NCBI GenBank assembly: GCA_964016885.1
Contig: OZ024742.1
Location: 166,346,001 to 166,410,000, forward strand
Reading direction: 5' to 3'
Source of the DNA: Eledone cirrhosa
Taxonomy: Eukaryota
Length of the DNA stretch: 64,000 nucleotides
Made by a program: the position numbers and the translations under genes. The first letter of the stretch is position 1; each line of letters starts with the position of its first letter. This document shows, piece after piece, positions 40,001-53,300 of this stretch. Under the pieces are notes generated by a model. It saw only the letters and a list, made by a program, of their open reading frames with translations, was not told the origin of the DNA and made no database searches.

Positions 40001-42290
40001 GAGATAATTTGTAAAATAAATCAGGGGGAGATAATTTGTAAAAAAATCAGGGGGAGATAATTTGTAAAAAAAAAATCAGGGGGAGATAATTTGTAAAAAA
40101 AATCAGGGGGAGATAATTTGTAAAAAAAATCAGGGGTAGATAATTTTTAAAAAAAAATCAGGGGGAGATAATTTGTAAAAAAAATCAGGGGGAGATAATT
40201 TATAAAAAAAATCAAGGGGAGATAATTTCCAGCCGTCCAAGGGAAGATAATTTCAAGCCCTCCAAGGGGCTATAATTTCCAGTGTCCAAGGGGAGATAAT
40301 TTCCAGCCAGCGAAGGGGAGATAATTTTTTTTTAAAAATCAGGGGGAGATTTGTAAAAAAAATCAGGGGGAGATAATTTGTAAAAAAAATCAAAGGGAGA
40401 TAATTTCCAGCCGTCCAAAGAGATAATTTCTAGCCGTCCAAGGGGAGATAATTTCGAGCCAAGGGGAGATAATTTCCAGCCGTCCAAGGGGAGATAATTT
40501 TTTAAAAAATCAGGTGGAGATAATTTGTAAAAAAAATCAGGGGGAGATAATTTGTAAAAACAAAATCAAGGGCAGATAATTTCCAGCTGTCCAAGGGGAG
40601 ATAATTTCCAGCCGTGCAAGGGGAGATAATTTCCAGCCGTCCAAGGGGAGATAATTTCCATCCTTCCAAGGGGAGATAATTTCCAGCCGTCCAAGGGGAG
40701 ATAATTTCCCGCCAGCCAAGGGAAGATAATTTTTTAAAAAATCAGGCGGAGATTGTAAAAAAAATCAGGGGGAGATAATTTGTAAAAAAATCAGGGGGAG
40801 ATAATTTGTAAAAAAATCAAGGGGAGATAATTTCCAGCTGTCCAAGGGGAGGTAATATCTAGCCGTCCAAGGGGAGATAATTTCCAGCCGTCCAAGGGGA
40901 GATAATTTCCAGCCGTCCAAGGGTAGATAATATCCAGCCGTCCAAGGAGACATATTTTCCAGCCGTCCAAGGAGAGGTAATTTCTAGCCGTCCAAGTGGA
41001 GATAAATTCCAGCCTCCAAGGGGAGATAATTTCCAGCCAGCCAAGGGGAGATAATTTGTAAAAAAATCAGGGGGAGATAATTTGTAAAAAAAATCAGGGG
41101 GAGATAATTTGTAAAAAAAAATCAGGGGGAGATAATTTGTAAAAAAAATCAGGGGGAGATAATTTGTAAAAAAAATCAAGGGGAGATAATTTCCAGCCGT
41201 CCAAGGGGAGATAATTTTCAGCCGTCCAAGGGGAGATAATTTCCCGCCAGCCAAGGGAAGATAATATTTAAAAAATGAGGCGGAGATAATTTGTAAAAAA
41301 AAATCAGGGGTAGATAATTTGTAAAAAAAATCAGGGGGAGATAATTTGTAAAAAAAATCAAGGGGAGATAATTTCCAGCCGTCCAAGGAGAGATAATTTT
41401 AAAAAAAAATCAGGCGGAGATAATTTGTAAAAAAAAAATCAGGGGGAGATAATTTGTAAAAAAAAATCAGGGGGAGATAATTTGTAAAAAAAATCAAGGG
41501 GAGATAATTTCCAGCCGTCCAAGGGGAGATAATTTTCAGCCGTCCAAGGGGAGATAATTTCCAGCCGTCCAAGGGGAGATAATTTAAAAAAAAAATCAGG
41601 CGGATATAATTTGTAAAAAAAATCAAGGGGAGATAATTTGCAACCGTCCAAGGGGACATAATTTTCAGTCGTCCAAGGAGAGGTAATTTCTAGCCGTACA
41701 AGGGGAGATAATTTCCAGCCGTCCAAGGGGAGATAATTTCCAGCCGTCCAAGGGGAGATAATTTTTTTTTAAAAATCAGGCGGAGATAATTTGTAAAAAA
41801 AAAATCAGGGGGAGATAATTTGTAAAAAAAAATCAGGGGGAGATAATTTGTAAAAAAAAATCAGGGGGAGATAATTTGTAAAAAAAATCAAGGGGAGATA
41901 ATTTCCAGCCGTCCAAGGGAAGATAATTTCCAGCCCTCCAAGGGGCTATAATTTCCAGCGTCCAAGGGGAGATAATTTCCAGCCAGCGAAGGGGAGATAA
42001 TTGTTTTAAAAAAATCATTGGGAGATTTGTAAAAAAAATCAGGGGGAGATAATTAATAAAAAAAATCAAGGGGAGATAATTTCCAGCCGTCCAAGGGGAG
42101 GTAATATCTAGCCGTCCAAGGGGAGATAATTTCCAGCCGTCCAAGGGGAGATAATTTCCAGCCGTCCAAGGGTAGATAATATCCAGCCGTCCAAGGAGAC
42201 ATATTTTCCAGCCGTCCAAGGAGAGGTAATTTCTAGCCGTCCAAGGGGAGATAAATTCCAGCCTCCAAGGGGAGATAATTTCCAGCCAGC
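34030..42290 (+). repeat. Second copy of the two-unit beta block, inside the 17,391 bp duplication
   Basis: Same markers as 16640-24900 shifted by 17,391, e.g. GACGTC at 35358 and 39634. Confidence 0.85.
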
Positions 42291-45200
42291 CAAGGGGAGA
42301 TAATTTGTAAAAAAATCAGGGGGAGATAATTTGTAAAAAAAATCAGGGGTAGATAATTTGTAAAAAAAAATCAGGGGGAGATAATTTGTAAAAAAAAATC
42401 AGGGGGAGATAATTTGTAAAAAAAATCAAGGGGAGATAATTTCCAGCCGTCCAAGGAGAGAAAATTTAAAAAAAAAATCAGGCGGAGATAATTTGTAAAA
42501 AAAAATCAGGGGGAGATAATTTGTAAAAAAAAATCAGGGGGAGATAATTTGTAAAAAAAATCAAGGGGAGATAATTTCCAGCCGTCCAAGGGGAGATAAT
42601 TTCCAGCCGTCCAAGGGGAGATAATTTTTTAAAAAAAATCAGGCGGAGATAATTGTAAAAAAAATCAGGGGGAGATAATTTGTAAAAAAAAATCAGGGGG
42701 AGATAATTTGTAAAAAAAAATCAGGGGGAGATAATTTCCAGCCGTCCAAGGTAAGATAATTTCCAGCCCTCCAAGGGGCTATAATTTCCAGCCGTCCAAG
42801 GGTAGATAATATCCAGCCGTCCAAGTAGACATATTTTCCAGCCGTTCAAGGAGAGGTAATTTCTAGCCGTCCAAGGGGAGATAAATTCCAGCCTCCAAGG
42901 GGAGATAATTTCCAGCCAGCCAAGGGGAGATAATTTGTAAAAAAATCAGGGGGAGATAATTTGTAAAAAAAATCAGGGGGAGATAATTTGTAAAAAAAAA
43001 TCAGGGGGAGATAATTTGTAAAAAAAAATCAGGGGGAGATAATTTGTAAAAAAAAATCAGGGGGAGATAATTTGTAAAAAAAATCAAGGGGAGATAATTT
43101 CCAGCCGTCCAAGGGGAGATAATTTTCAGCCGTCCAAGGGGAGATAATTTCCAGCCGTCCAAGGGGAGATAATTTCCATCCTTCCAAGGGGAGATAATTT
43201 CCAGCCGTCCAAGGGGAGATAATTTTCAGCCGTCCAAGGGGAGATAATTTCCCGCCAGCCAAGGGAAGATAATATTTTAAAAAATCAGGCGGAGATAATT
43301 TGTAAAAAAAATCAGGGGGAGATAATTTGTAAAAAAATCAGGGGGAGATAATTTGTAAAAAAAAAATCAGGGGGAGATAATTTGTAAAAAAAATCAGGGG
43401 GAGATAATTTGTAAAAAAAAATCAGGGGTAGATAATTTGTAAAAAAAAATCAGGGGGAGATAATTTCCGGCCGTCCAAGGGGAGATAATTTTCAGCCGTC
43501 CAAGGGGAGATAATTTCCCGCCAGCCAAGGGAAGATAATATTTAAAAAAATCAGGCGGAGATAATTTGTAAAAAAAATCAGGGGGAGATAATTTGTAAAA
43601 AAATCAGGGGGAGATAATTTGTAAAAAAAATCAAGGGGAGATAATTTCCAGCCGTCCAAGGGGAGGTAATATCTAGCCGTCCAAGGGGAGATAATTTCCA
43701 GCCGTCCAAGTGGAGATAATTTCCAGCCGTCCAAGGGTAGATAATATCCAGCCGTCCAAGGAGACATATTTTCCAGCCGTCCAAGGAGAGGTAATTTCTA
43801 GCCGTCCAAGGGGAGATAAATTCCAGCCTCCAAGGGGAGATAATTTCCAGCCAGCCAAGGGGAGATAATTTGTAAAAAAAATCAGGGGGAGATAATTTGT
43901 AAAAAAAATCAGGGGGAGATAATTTGTAAAAAAATCAGGGGGAGATAATTTGTAAAAAAAAAATCAGGGGGAGATAATTTGTAAAAAAAATCAGGGGGAG
44001 ATGATTTGTAAAAAAAAATCAGGGGTAGATAATTTGTAAAAAAAAATCAGGGGGTGATAATTTGTAAAAAAAAATCAGGGGGAGATAATTTGTAAAAAAA
44101 ATCAAGGGGAGATAATTTCCAGCCGTCGAAGGGAAGATAATTTCCAGCCCTCCAAGGGGCTATAATTTCCAGCGTCCAAGGGGAGATAATTTCCAGCCGT
44201 CCAAGGGGAGATAATTTCCAGCCGTCCAAGGGTAGATAATATCCAGCCGTCCAAGTAGACATTTTCCAGCCGTCCAAGGAGAGGTAATTTCTAGCCGTCC
44301 AAGGGGAGATAAATTCCAGCCTCCAAGGGGAGATAATTTCCAGCCAGCCAAGGGGAGATAATTTGTAAAAAAATCAGGGGGAGATAATTTGTAAAAAAAA
44401 TCAGGGGGAGATAATTTGTAAAAAAAAATCAGGGGGAGATAATTTGTAAAAACAATCAGGGGGAGATAATTTGTAAAAAAAATCAGGGGGAGATAATTTG
44501 TAAAAAAAATCAAGGGGAGATAATTTCCAGCCGTCCAAGGGGAGATAATTTTCAGCCGTCCAAGGGGAGATAATTTCGAGCCGTCCAAGGGGAGATAATT
44601 TCCATCCTTCCAAGGGGAGATAATTTCCAGCCGTCCAAGGGGAGATAATTTTCAGCCGTCCAAGGGGAGATAATTTCCCGCCAGCCAAGGGAAGATAATA
44701 TTTTAAAAAATCAGGCGGAGATAATTTGTAAAAAAAATCAGGGGGAGATAATTTGTAAAAAAATCAGGGGGAGATAATTTGTAAAAAAAAAATCAGGGGG
44801 AGATAATTTGTAAAAAAAATCAGGGGGAGATAATTTGTAAAAAAAAATCAGGGGTAGATAATTTGTAAAAAAAAATCAGGGGGAGATAATTTGTAAAAAA
44901 AATCAAGGGGAGATAATTTCCAGCCGTCCAAGGAGAGATAATTTTTAAAAAAAATCAGGCGGAGATAATTTGTAAAAAAAAATCAAGGGGAGATAATTTG
45001 TAAAAAAAAATCAAGGGGAGATAATTTGTAAAAAAAATCAAGGGGAGATAATTTCCAGCCGTCCAAGGGAAGATAATTTCCAGCACTCCAAGGGGCTATA
45101 ATTTCCAGTGTCCAAGGGGAGATAATTTCCAGCCAGCGAAGGGGAGATAATTTTTTTAAAAAAATCAGGGGGAGATATGTAAAAAAAATCAGAGGGAGAT

Positions 45201-47399
45201 AATTTCTAAAAAAAATCAAAGGGAGATAATTTCCAGCCGTCCAAAGAGAGATAATTTCTAGCCGTCCAAGGGGAGATAATTTCCAGCCAAGGGGAGATAA
45301 TTTCCAGCCGTCCAAGGGGAGATAATTATTTAAAAAATCAGGTGGAGATAATTTGTAAAAAAAATCAGGGGGAGATAATTTGTAAAAACAAAATCAAGGG
45401 CAGATAATTTCCAGCTGTCCAAGGGGAGATAATTTCCAGCCGTGCAAGGGGAGATAATTTCCAGCCGTCCAAGGGGAGATAATTTCCATCCTTCCAAGGG
45501 GAGATAATGTCCAGCCGTCCAAGGGGAGATAATTTCCCGCCAGCCAAGGGAAGATAATTTTTAAAAAAATCAGGCGGATATTGTAAAAAAAATCAGGGGG
45601 AGATAATTTGTAAAAAAAAAATCAGGGGGAGATAATTTGTAAAAAAAATCAGGGGTAGATAATTTGTAAAAAAAAATCAGGGGGAGATAATTTGTAAAAA
45701 AAAATCAGGGGGAGATAATTTCTAAAGAAATCAAGGGGAGATAATATGCAGCCGTCCAAGGGGAGATAATTTTCAGCCGTCCAAGGAGAGGTAATTTCTA
45801 GCCGTCCAAGGGGAGATAATTTCCAGCCGTCCAAGGGGAGGTAATATCTAGCCGTCCAAGGGGAGATAATTTCCAGCCGTCCAAGGGGAGATAATTTCCA
45901 GCCGTCCAAGGGTAGATAATATCCAGCCGTCCAAGTAGACATATTTTCCAGCCGTCCAAGGAGAGGTAATTTCTAGCCGTCCAAGGGGAGATAAATTCCA
46001 GCCTCCAAGGGGAGATAATTTCCAGCCAGCCAAGGGGAGATAATTTGTAAAAAAAATCAGGGGGAGATAATTTGTAAAAAAAATCAGGGGGAGATAATTT
46101 GTAAAAAAAATCAGGGGGAGATAATTTCCAGCCGTCCAAGGGGAGATAATTTTCAGCCGTCCAAGGGGAGATAATTTCCCGCCAGCCAAGGGAAGATAAT
46201 ATTTAAAAAATGAGGCGGAGATAATTTGTAAAATAAATCAGGGGGAGATAATTTGTAAAAAAATCAGGGGGAGATAATTTGTAAAAAAAAAATCAGGGGG
46301 AGATAATTTGTAAAAAAAATCAGGGGGAGATAATTTGTAAAAAAAATCAGGGGTAGATAATTTTTAAAAAAAAATCAGGGGGAGATAATTTGTAAAAAAA
46401 ATCAGGGGGAGATAATTTATAAAAAAAATCAAGGGGAGATAATTTCCAGCCGTCCAAGGGAAGATAATTTCAAGCCCTCCAAGGGGCTATAATTTCCAGT
46501 GTCCAAGGGGAGATAATTTCCAGCCAGCGAAGGGGAGATAATTTTTTTTTAAAAATCAGGGGGAGATTTGTAAAAAAAATCAGGGGGAGATAATTTGTAA
46601 AAAAAATCAAAGGGAGATAATTTCCAGCCGTCCAAAGAGATAATTTCTAGCCGTCCAAGGGGAGATAATTTCGAGCCAAGGGGAGATAATTTCCAGCCGT
46701 CCAAGGGGAGATAATTTTTTAAAAAATCAGGTGGAGATAATTTGTAAAAAAAATCAGGGGGAGATAATTTGTAAAAACAAAATCAAGGGCAGATAATTTC
46801 CAGCTGTGCAAGGGGAGATAATTTCCAGCCGTGCAAGGGGAGATAATTTCCAGCCGTCCAAGGGGAGATAATTTCCATCCTTCCAAGGGGAGATAATTTC
46901 CAGCCGTCCAAGGGGAGATAATTTCCCGCCAGCCAAGGGAAGATAATTTTTTAAAAAATCAGGCGGAGATTGTAAAAAAAATCAGGGGGAGATAATTTGT
47001 AAAAAAATCAGGGGGAGATAATTTGTAAAAAAAATCAGGGGTAGATAATTTGTAAAAAAAAATCAGGGGGAGATAATTTGTAAAAAAAAATCAGGGGGAG
47101 ATAATTTGTAAAAAAAATCAAGGGGAGATAATTTCCAGCCGTCCAAGGAGAGAAAATTTAAAAAAAAAATCAGGCGGAGATAATTTGTAAAAAAAAATCA
47201 GGGGGAGATAATTTGTAAAAAAAAATCAGGGGGAGATAATTTGTAAAAAAAATCAAGGGGAGATAATTTCCAGCCGTCCAAGGGGAGATAATTTCCAGCC
47301 GTCCAAGGGGAGATAATTTTTTAAAAAAAATCAGGCGGAGATAATTTGTAAAAAAAATCAGGGGGAGATAATTTGTAAAAAAAAATCAGGGGGAGATAA

Positions 47400-50300
47400 T
47401 TTGTAAAAAAAAATCAGGGGGAGATAATTTCCAGCCGTCCAAGGTAAGATAATTTCCAGCCCTCCAAGGGGCTATAATTTCCAGCCGTCCAAGGGTAGAT
47501 AATATCCAGCCGTCCAAGTAGACATATTTTCCAGCCGTTCAAGGAGAGGTAATTTCTAGCCGTCCAAGGGGAGATAAATTCCAGCCTCCAAGGGGAGATA
47601 ATTTCCAGCCAGCCAAGGGGAGATAATTTGTAAAAAAATCAGGGGGAGATAATTTGTAAAAAAAATCAGGGGGAGATAATTTGTAAAAAAAAATCAGGGG
47701 GAGATAATTTGTAAAAAAAAATCAGGGGGAGATAATTTGTAAAAAAAAATCAGGGGGAGATAATTTGTAAAAAAAATCAAGGGGAGATAATTTCCAGCCG
47801 TCCAAGGGGAGATAATTTTCAGCCGTCCAAGGGGAGATAATTTCCAGCCGTCCAAGGGGAGATAATTTCCATCCTTCCAAGGGGAGATAATTTCCAGCCG
47901 TCCAAGGGGAGATAATTTTCAGCCGTCCAAGGGGAGATAATTTCCCGCCAGCCAAGGGAAGATAATATTTTAAAAAATCAGGCGGAGATAATTTGTAAAA
48001 AAAATCAGGGGGAGATAATTTGTAAAAAAATCAGGGGGAGATAATTTGTAAAAAAAAAATCAGGGGGAGATAATTTGTAAAAAAAATCAGGGGGAGATAA
48101 TTTGTAAAAAAAAATCAGGGGTAGATAATTTGTAAAAAAAAATCAGGGGGAGATAATTTGTAAAAAAAAATCAGGGGGAGATAATTTGTAAAAAAAATCA
48201 GGGGGAGATAATTTGTAAAAAAAAATCAGGGGGAGATAATTTCCGGCCGTCCAAGGGGAGATAATTTTCAGCCGTCCAAGGGGAGATAATTTCCCGCCAG
48301 CCAAGGCAAGATAATATTTAAAAAAATCAGGCGGAGATAATTTGTAAAAAAAATCAGGGGGAGATAATTTGTAAAAAAATCAGGGGGAGATAATTTGTAA
48401 AAAAAATCAAGGGGAGATAATTTCCAGCCGTCCAAGGGGAGGTAATATCTAGCCGTCCAAGGGGAGATAATTTCCAGCCGTCCAAGTGGAGATAATTTCC
48501 AGCCGTCCAAGGGTAGATAATATCCAGCCGTCCAAGGAGACATATTTTCCAGCCGTCCAAGGAGAGGTAATTTCTAGCCGTCCAAGGGGAGATAAATTCC
48601 AGCCTCCAAGGGGAGATAATTTCCAGCCAGCCAAGGGGAGATAATTTGTAAAAAAAATCAGGGGGAGATAATTTGTAAAAAAAATCAGGGGGAGATAATT
48701 TGTAAAAAAATCAGGGGGAGATAATTTGTAAAAAAAAAATCAGGGGGAGATAATTTGTAAAAAAAATCAGGGGGAGATGATTTGTAAAAAAAAATCAGGG
48801 GTAGATAATTTGTAAAAAAAAATCAGGGGGTGATAATTTGTAAAAAAAAATCAGGGGGAGATAATTTGTAAAAAAAATCAAGGGGAGATAATTTCCAGCC
48901 GTCGAAGGGAAGATAATTTCCAGCCCTCCAAGGGGCTATAATTTCCAGCGTCCAAGGGGAGATAATTTCCAGCCGTCCAAGGGGAGATAATTTCCAGCCG
49001 TCCAAGGGTAGATAATATCCAGCCGTCCAAGTAGACATTTTCCAGCCGTCCAAGGAGAGGTAATTTCTAGCCGTCCAAGGGGAGATAAATTCCAGCCTCC
49101 AAGGGGAGATAATTTCCAGCCAGCCAAGGGGAGATAATTTGTAAAAAAATCAGGGGGAGATAATTTGTAAAAAAAATCAGGGGGAGATAATTTGTAAAAA
49201 AAAATCAGGGGGAGATAATTTGTAAAAACAATCAGGGGGAGATAATTTGTAAAAAAAATCAGGGGGAGATAATTTGTAAAAAAAATCAAGGGGAGATAAT
49301 TTCCAGCCGTCCAAGGGGAGATAATTTTCAGCCGTCCAAGGGGAGATAATTTCCAGCCGTCCAAGGGGAGATAATTTCCATCCTTCCAAGGGGAGATAAT
49401 TTCCAGCCGTCCAAGGGGAGATAATTTTCAGCCGTCCAAGGGGAGATAATTTCCCGCCAGCCAAGGGAAGATAATATTTTAAAAAATCAGGCGGAGATAA
49501 TTTGTAAAAAAAATCAGGGGGAGATAATTTGTAAAAAAATCAGGGGGAGATAATTTGTAAAAAAAAAATCAGGGGGAGATAATTTGTAAAAAAAATCAGG
49601 GGGAGATAATTTGTAAAAAAAAATCAGGGGTAGATAATTTGTAAAAAAAAATCAGGGGGAGATAATTTGTAAAAAAAAAATCAGGGGGAGATAATTTGTA
49701 AAAAAAATCAAGGGGAGATAATTTCCAGCCGTCCAAGGAGAGATAATTTTTAAAAAAAATCAGGCGGAGATAATTTGTAAAAAAAAATCAAGGGGAGATA
49801 ATTTGTAAAAAAAAATCAAGGGGAGATAATTTGTAAAAAAAATCAAGGGGAGATAATTTCCAGCCGTCCAAGGGAAGATAATTTCCAGCACTCCAAGGGG
49901 CTATAATTTCCAGTGTCCAAGGGGAGATAATTTCCAGCCAGCGAAGGGGAGATAATTTTTTTAAAAAAATCAGGGGGAGATATGTAAAAAAAATCAGAGG
50001 GAGATAATTTCTAAAAAAAATCAAAGGGAGATAATTTCCAGCCGTCCAAAGAGAGATAATTTCTAGCCGTCCAAGGGGAGATAATTTCCAGCCAAGGGGA
50101 GATAATTTCCAGCCGTCCAAGGGGAGATAATTATTTAAAAAATCAGGTGGAGATAATTTGTAAAAAAAATCAGGGGGAGATAATTTGTAAAAACAAAATC
50201 AAGGGCAGATAATTTCCAGCTGTCCAAGGGGAGATAATTTCCAGCCGTGCAAGGGGAGATAATTTCCAGCCGTCCAAGGGGAGATAATTTCCATCCTTCC

Positions 50301-53300
50301 AAGGGGAGATAATGTCCAGCCGTCCAAGGGGAGATAATTTCCCGCCAGCCAAGGGAAGATAATTTTTTAAAAAATCAGGCGGAGATTGTAAAAAAAATCA
50401 GGGGGAGATAATTTGTAAAAAAAAAATCAGGGGGAGATAATTTGTAAAAAAAATCAGGGGTAGATAATTTGTAAAAAAAAATCAGGGGGAGATAATTTGT
50501 AAAAAAAAATCAGGGGGAGATAATTTCTAAAAAAATCAAGGGGAGATAATATGCAGCCGTCCAAGGGGAGATAATTTTCAGCCGTCCAAGGAGAGGTAAT
50601 TTCTAGCCGTCCAAGGGGAGATAATTTCCAGCCGTCCAAGGGGAGATAATTTCCAGCCGTCCAAGGGGAGATAGTTTTTTTAAAAAAATCAGGCGGAGAT
50701 AATTTGTAAAAAAAAAATCAGGGGGAGATAATTTGTAAAAAAAAATCAGGGGGAGATAATTTGTAAAAAAAAATCAGGGGGAGATAATTTGTAAAAAAAA
50801 TCAGGGGGAGATAATTAGTAAAAAAAATCAAGGGGAGATAATTTCCAGCCGTCCAAGGGGAGGTAATATCTAGCCGTCCAAGGGGAGATAATTTCCAGCC
50901 GTCCAAGGGGAGATAATTTCCAGCCGTCCAAGGGTAGATAATATCCAGCCGTCCAAGTAGACATATTTTCCAGCCGTCCAAGGAGAGGTAATTTCTAGCC
51001 GTCCAAGGGGAGATAAATTCCAGCCTCCAAGGGGAGATAATTTCCAGCCAGCCAAGGGGAGATAATTTGTAAAAAAATCAGGGGGAGATAATTTGTAAAA
51101 AAAATCAGGGGGAGATAATTTGTAAAAAAAAATCAGGGGGAGATAATTTGTAAAAAAAAATCAGGGGGAGATAATTTGTAAAAAAAATCAAGGGGAGATA
51201 ATTTGTAAAAAAAAATCAGGGGGAGATAATTTGTAAAAAAAAATCAGGGGGAGATAATTTGTAAAAAAAAATCAGGGGGAGATAATTTGTAAAAAAAATC
51301 AAGGGGAGATAATTTCCAGCCGTCCAAGGAGAGATAATTTAAAAAAAAAATCAGGCGGAGATAATTTGTAAAAAAAATCAGGGGGAGATAATTTGTAAAA
51401 AAAAATCAGGGGGAGATAATTTGTAAAAAAAATCAGGGGGAGATAATTTCCAGCCGTCCAAGGTAAGATAATTTCCAGCCCTCCAAGGGGCTATAATTTC
51501 CAGCCGTCCAAGGGTAGATAATATCCAGCCGTCCAAGTAGACATATTTTCCAGCCGTCCAAGGAGAGGTAATTTCTAGCCGTCCAAGGGGAGATAAATTC
51601 CAGCCTCCAAGGGGAGATAATTTCCAGCCAGCCAAGGGGAGATAATTTGTAAAAAAATCAGGGGGAGATAATTTGTAAAAAAAATCAGGGGGAGATAATT
51701 TGTAAAAAAAAATCAGGGGGAGATAATTTGTAAAAAAAAATCAGGTGGAGATAATTTGTAAAAAAAAATCAGGGGGAGATAATTTGTAAAAAAAATCAAG
51801 GGGAGATAATTTCCAGCCGTCCAAGGGGAGATAATTTTCAGCCGTCCAAGGGGAGATAATTTCCAGCCGTCCAAGGGGAGATAATTTCCATCCTTCCAAG
51901 GGGAGATAATTTCCAGCCGTCCAAGGGGAGATAATTTTCAGCCGTCCAAGGGGAGATAATTTCCCGCCAGCCAAGGGAAGATAATATTTTAAAAAATCAG
52001 GCGGAGATAATTTGTAAAAAAAATCAGGGGGAGATAATTTGTAAAAAAATCAGGGGGAGATAATTTGTAAAAAAAAAATCAGGGGGAGATAATTTGTAAA
52101 AAAAATCAGGGGGAGATAATTTGTAAAAAAAAATCAGGGGTAGATAATTTGTAAAAAAAAATCAGGGGGAGATAATTTGTAAAAAAAAATCAGGGGGAGA
52201 TAATTTGTAAAAAAAATCAGGGGGAGATAATTTGTAAAAAAAAATCAGGGGGAGATAATTTCCGGCCGTCCAAGGGGAGATAATTTTCAGCCGTCCAAGG
52301 GGAGATAATTTCCCGCCAGCCAAGGGAAGATAATATTTAAAAAAATCAGGCGGAGATAATTTGTAAAAAAAATCAGGGGGAGATAATTTGTAAAAAAATC
52401 AGGGGGAGATAATTTGTAAAAAAAATCAAGGGGAGATAATTTCCAGCCGTCCAAGGGGAGGTAATATCTAGCCGTCCAAGGGGAGATAATTTCCAGCCGT
52501 CCAAGTGGAGATAATTTCCAGCCGTCCAAGGGTAGATAATATCCAGCCGTCCAAGGAGACATATTTTCCAGCCGTCCAAGGAGAGGTAATTTCTAGCCGT
52601 CCAAGGGGAGATAAATTCCAGCCTCCAAGGGGAGATAATTTCCAGCCAGCCAAGGGGAGATAATTTGTAAAAAAAATCAGGGGGAGATAATTTGTAAAAA
52701 AAATCAGGGGGAGATAATTTGTAAAAAAATCAGGGGGAGATAATTTGTAAAAAAAAAATCAGGGGGAGATAATTTGTAAAAAAAATCAGGGGGAGATGAT
52801 TTGTAAAAAAAAATCAGGGGTAGATAATTTGTAAAAAAAAATCAGGGGGTGATAATTTGTAAAAGAAAATCAGGGGGAGATAATTTGTAAAAAAAATCAA
52901 GGGGAGATAATTTCCAGCCGTCGAAGGGAAGATAATTTCCAGCCCTCCAAGGGGCTATAATTTCCAGCGTCCAAGGGGAGATAATTTCCAGCCGTCCAAG
53001 GGGAGATAATTTCCAGCCGTCCAAGGGTAGATAATATCCAGCCGTCCAAGTAGACATTTTCCAGCCGTCCAAGGAGAGGTAATTTCTAGCCGTCCAAGGG
53101 GAGATAAATTCCAGCCTCCAAGGGGAGATAATTTCCAGCCAGCCAAGGGGAGATAATTTGTAAAAAAATCAGGGGGAGATAATTTGTAAAAAAAATCAGG
53201 GGGAGATAATTTGTAAAAAAAAATCAGGGGGAGATAATTTGTAAAAAAAATCAGGGGGAGATAATTTGTAAAAAAAATCAGGGGGAGATAATTTGTAAAA

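Larger units (their letters stand above)
12758..48169 (+). repeat. 17,391 bp tandem segmental duplication (copy 1 ~12758-30148, copy 2 ~30149-47539, ~630 bp overhang to 48169)
   Basis: ORFs from 12940 to 30331 have partners exactly 17,391 bp downstream (13624/31015, 19193/36584, 24442/41833, 29363/46754, 30331/47722). Bounding mismatches are 12757 C vs 30148 T, and A8 vs A9 at 30779/48170. Confidence 0.95.
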
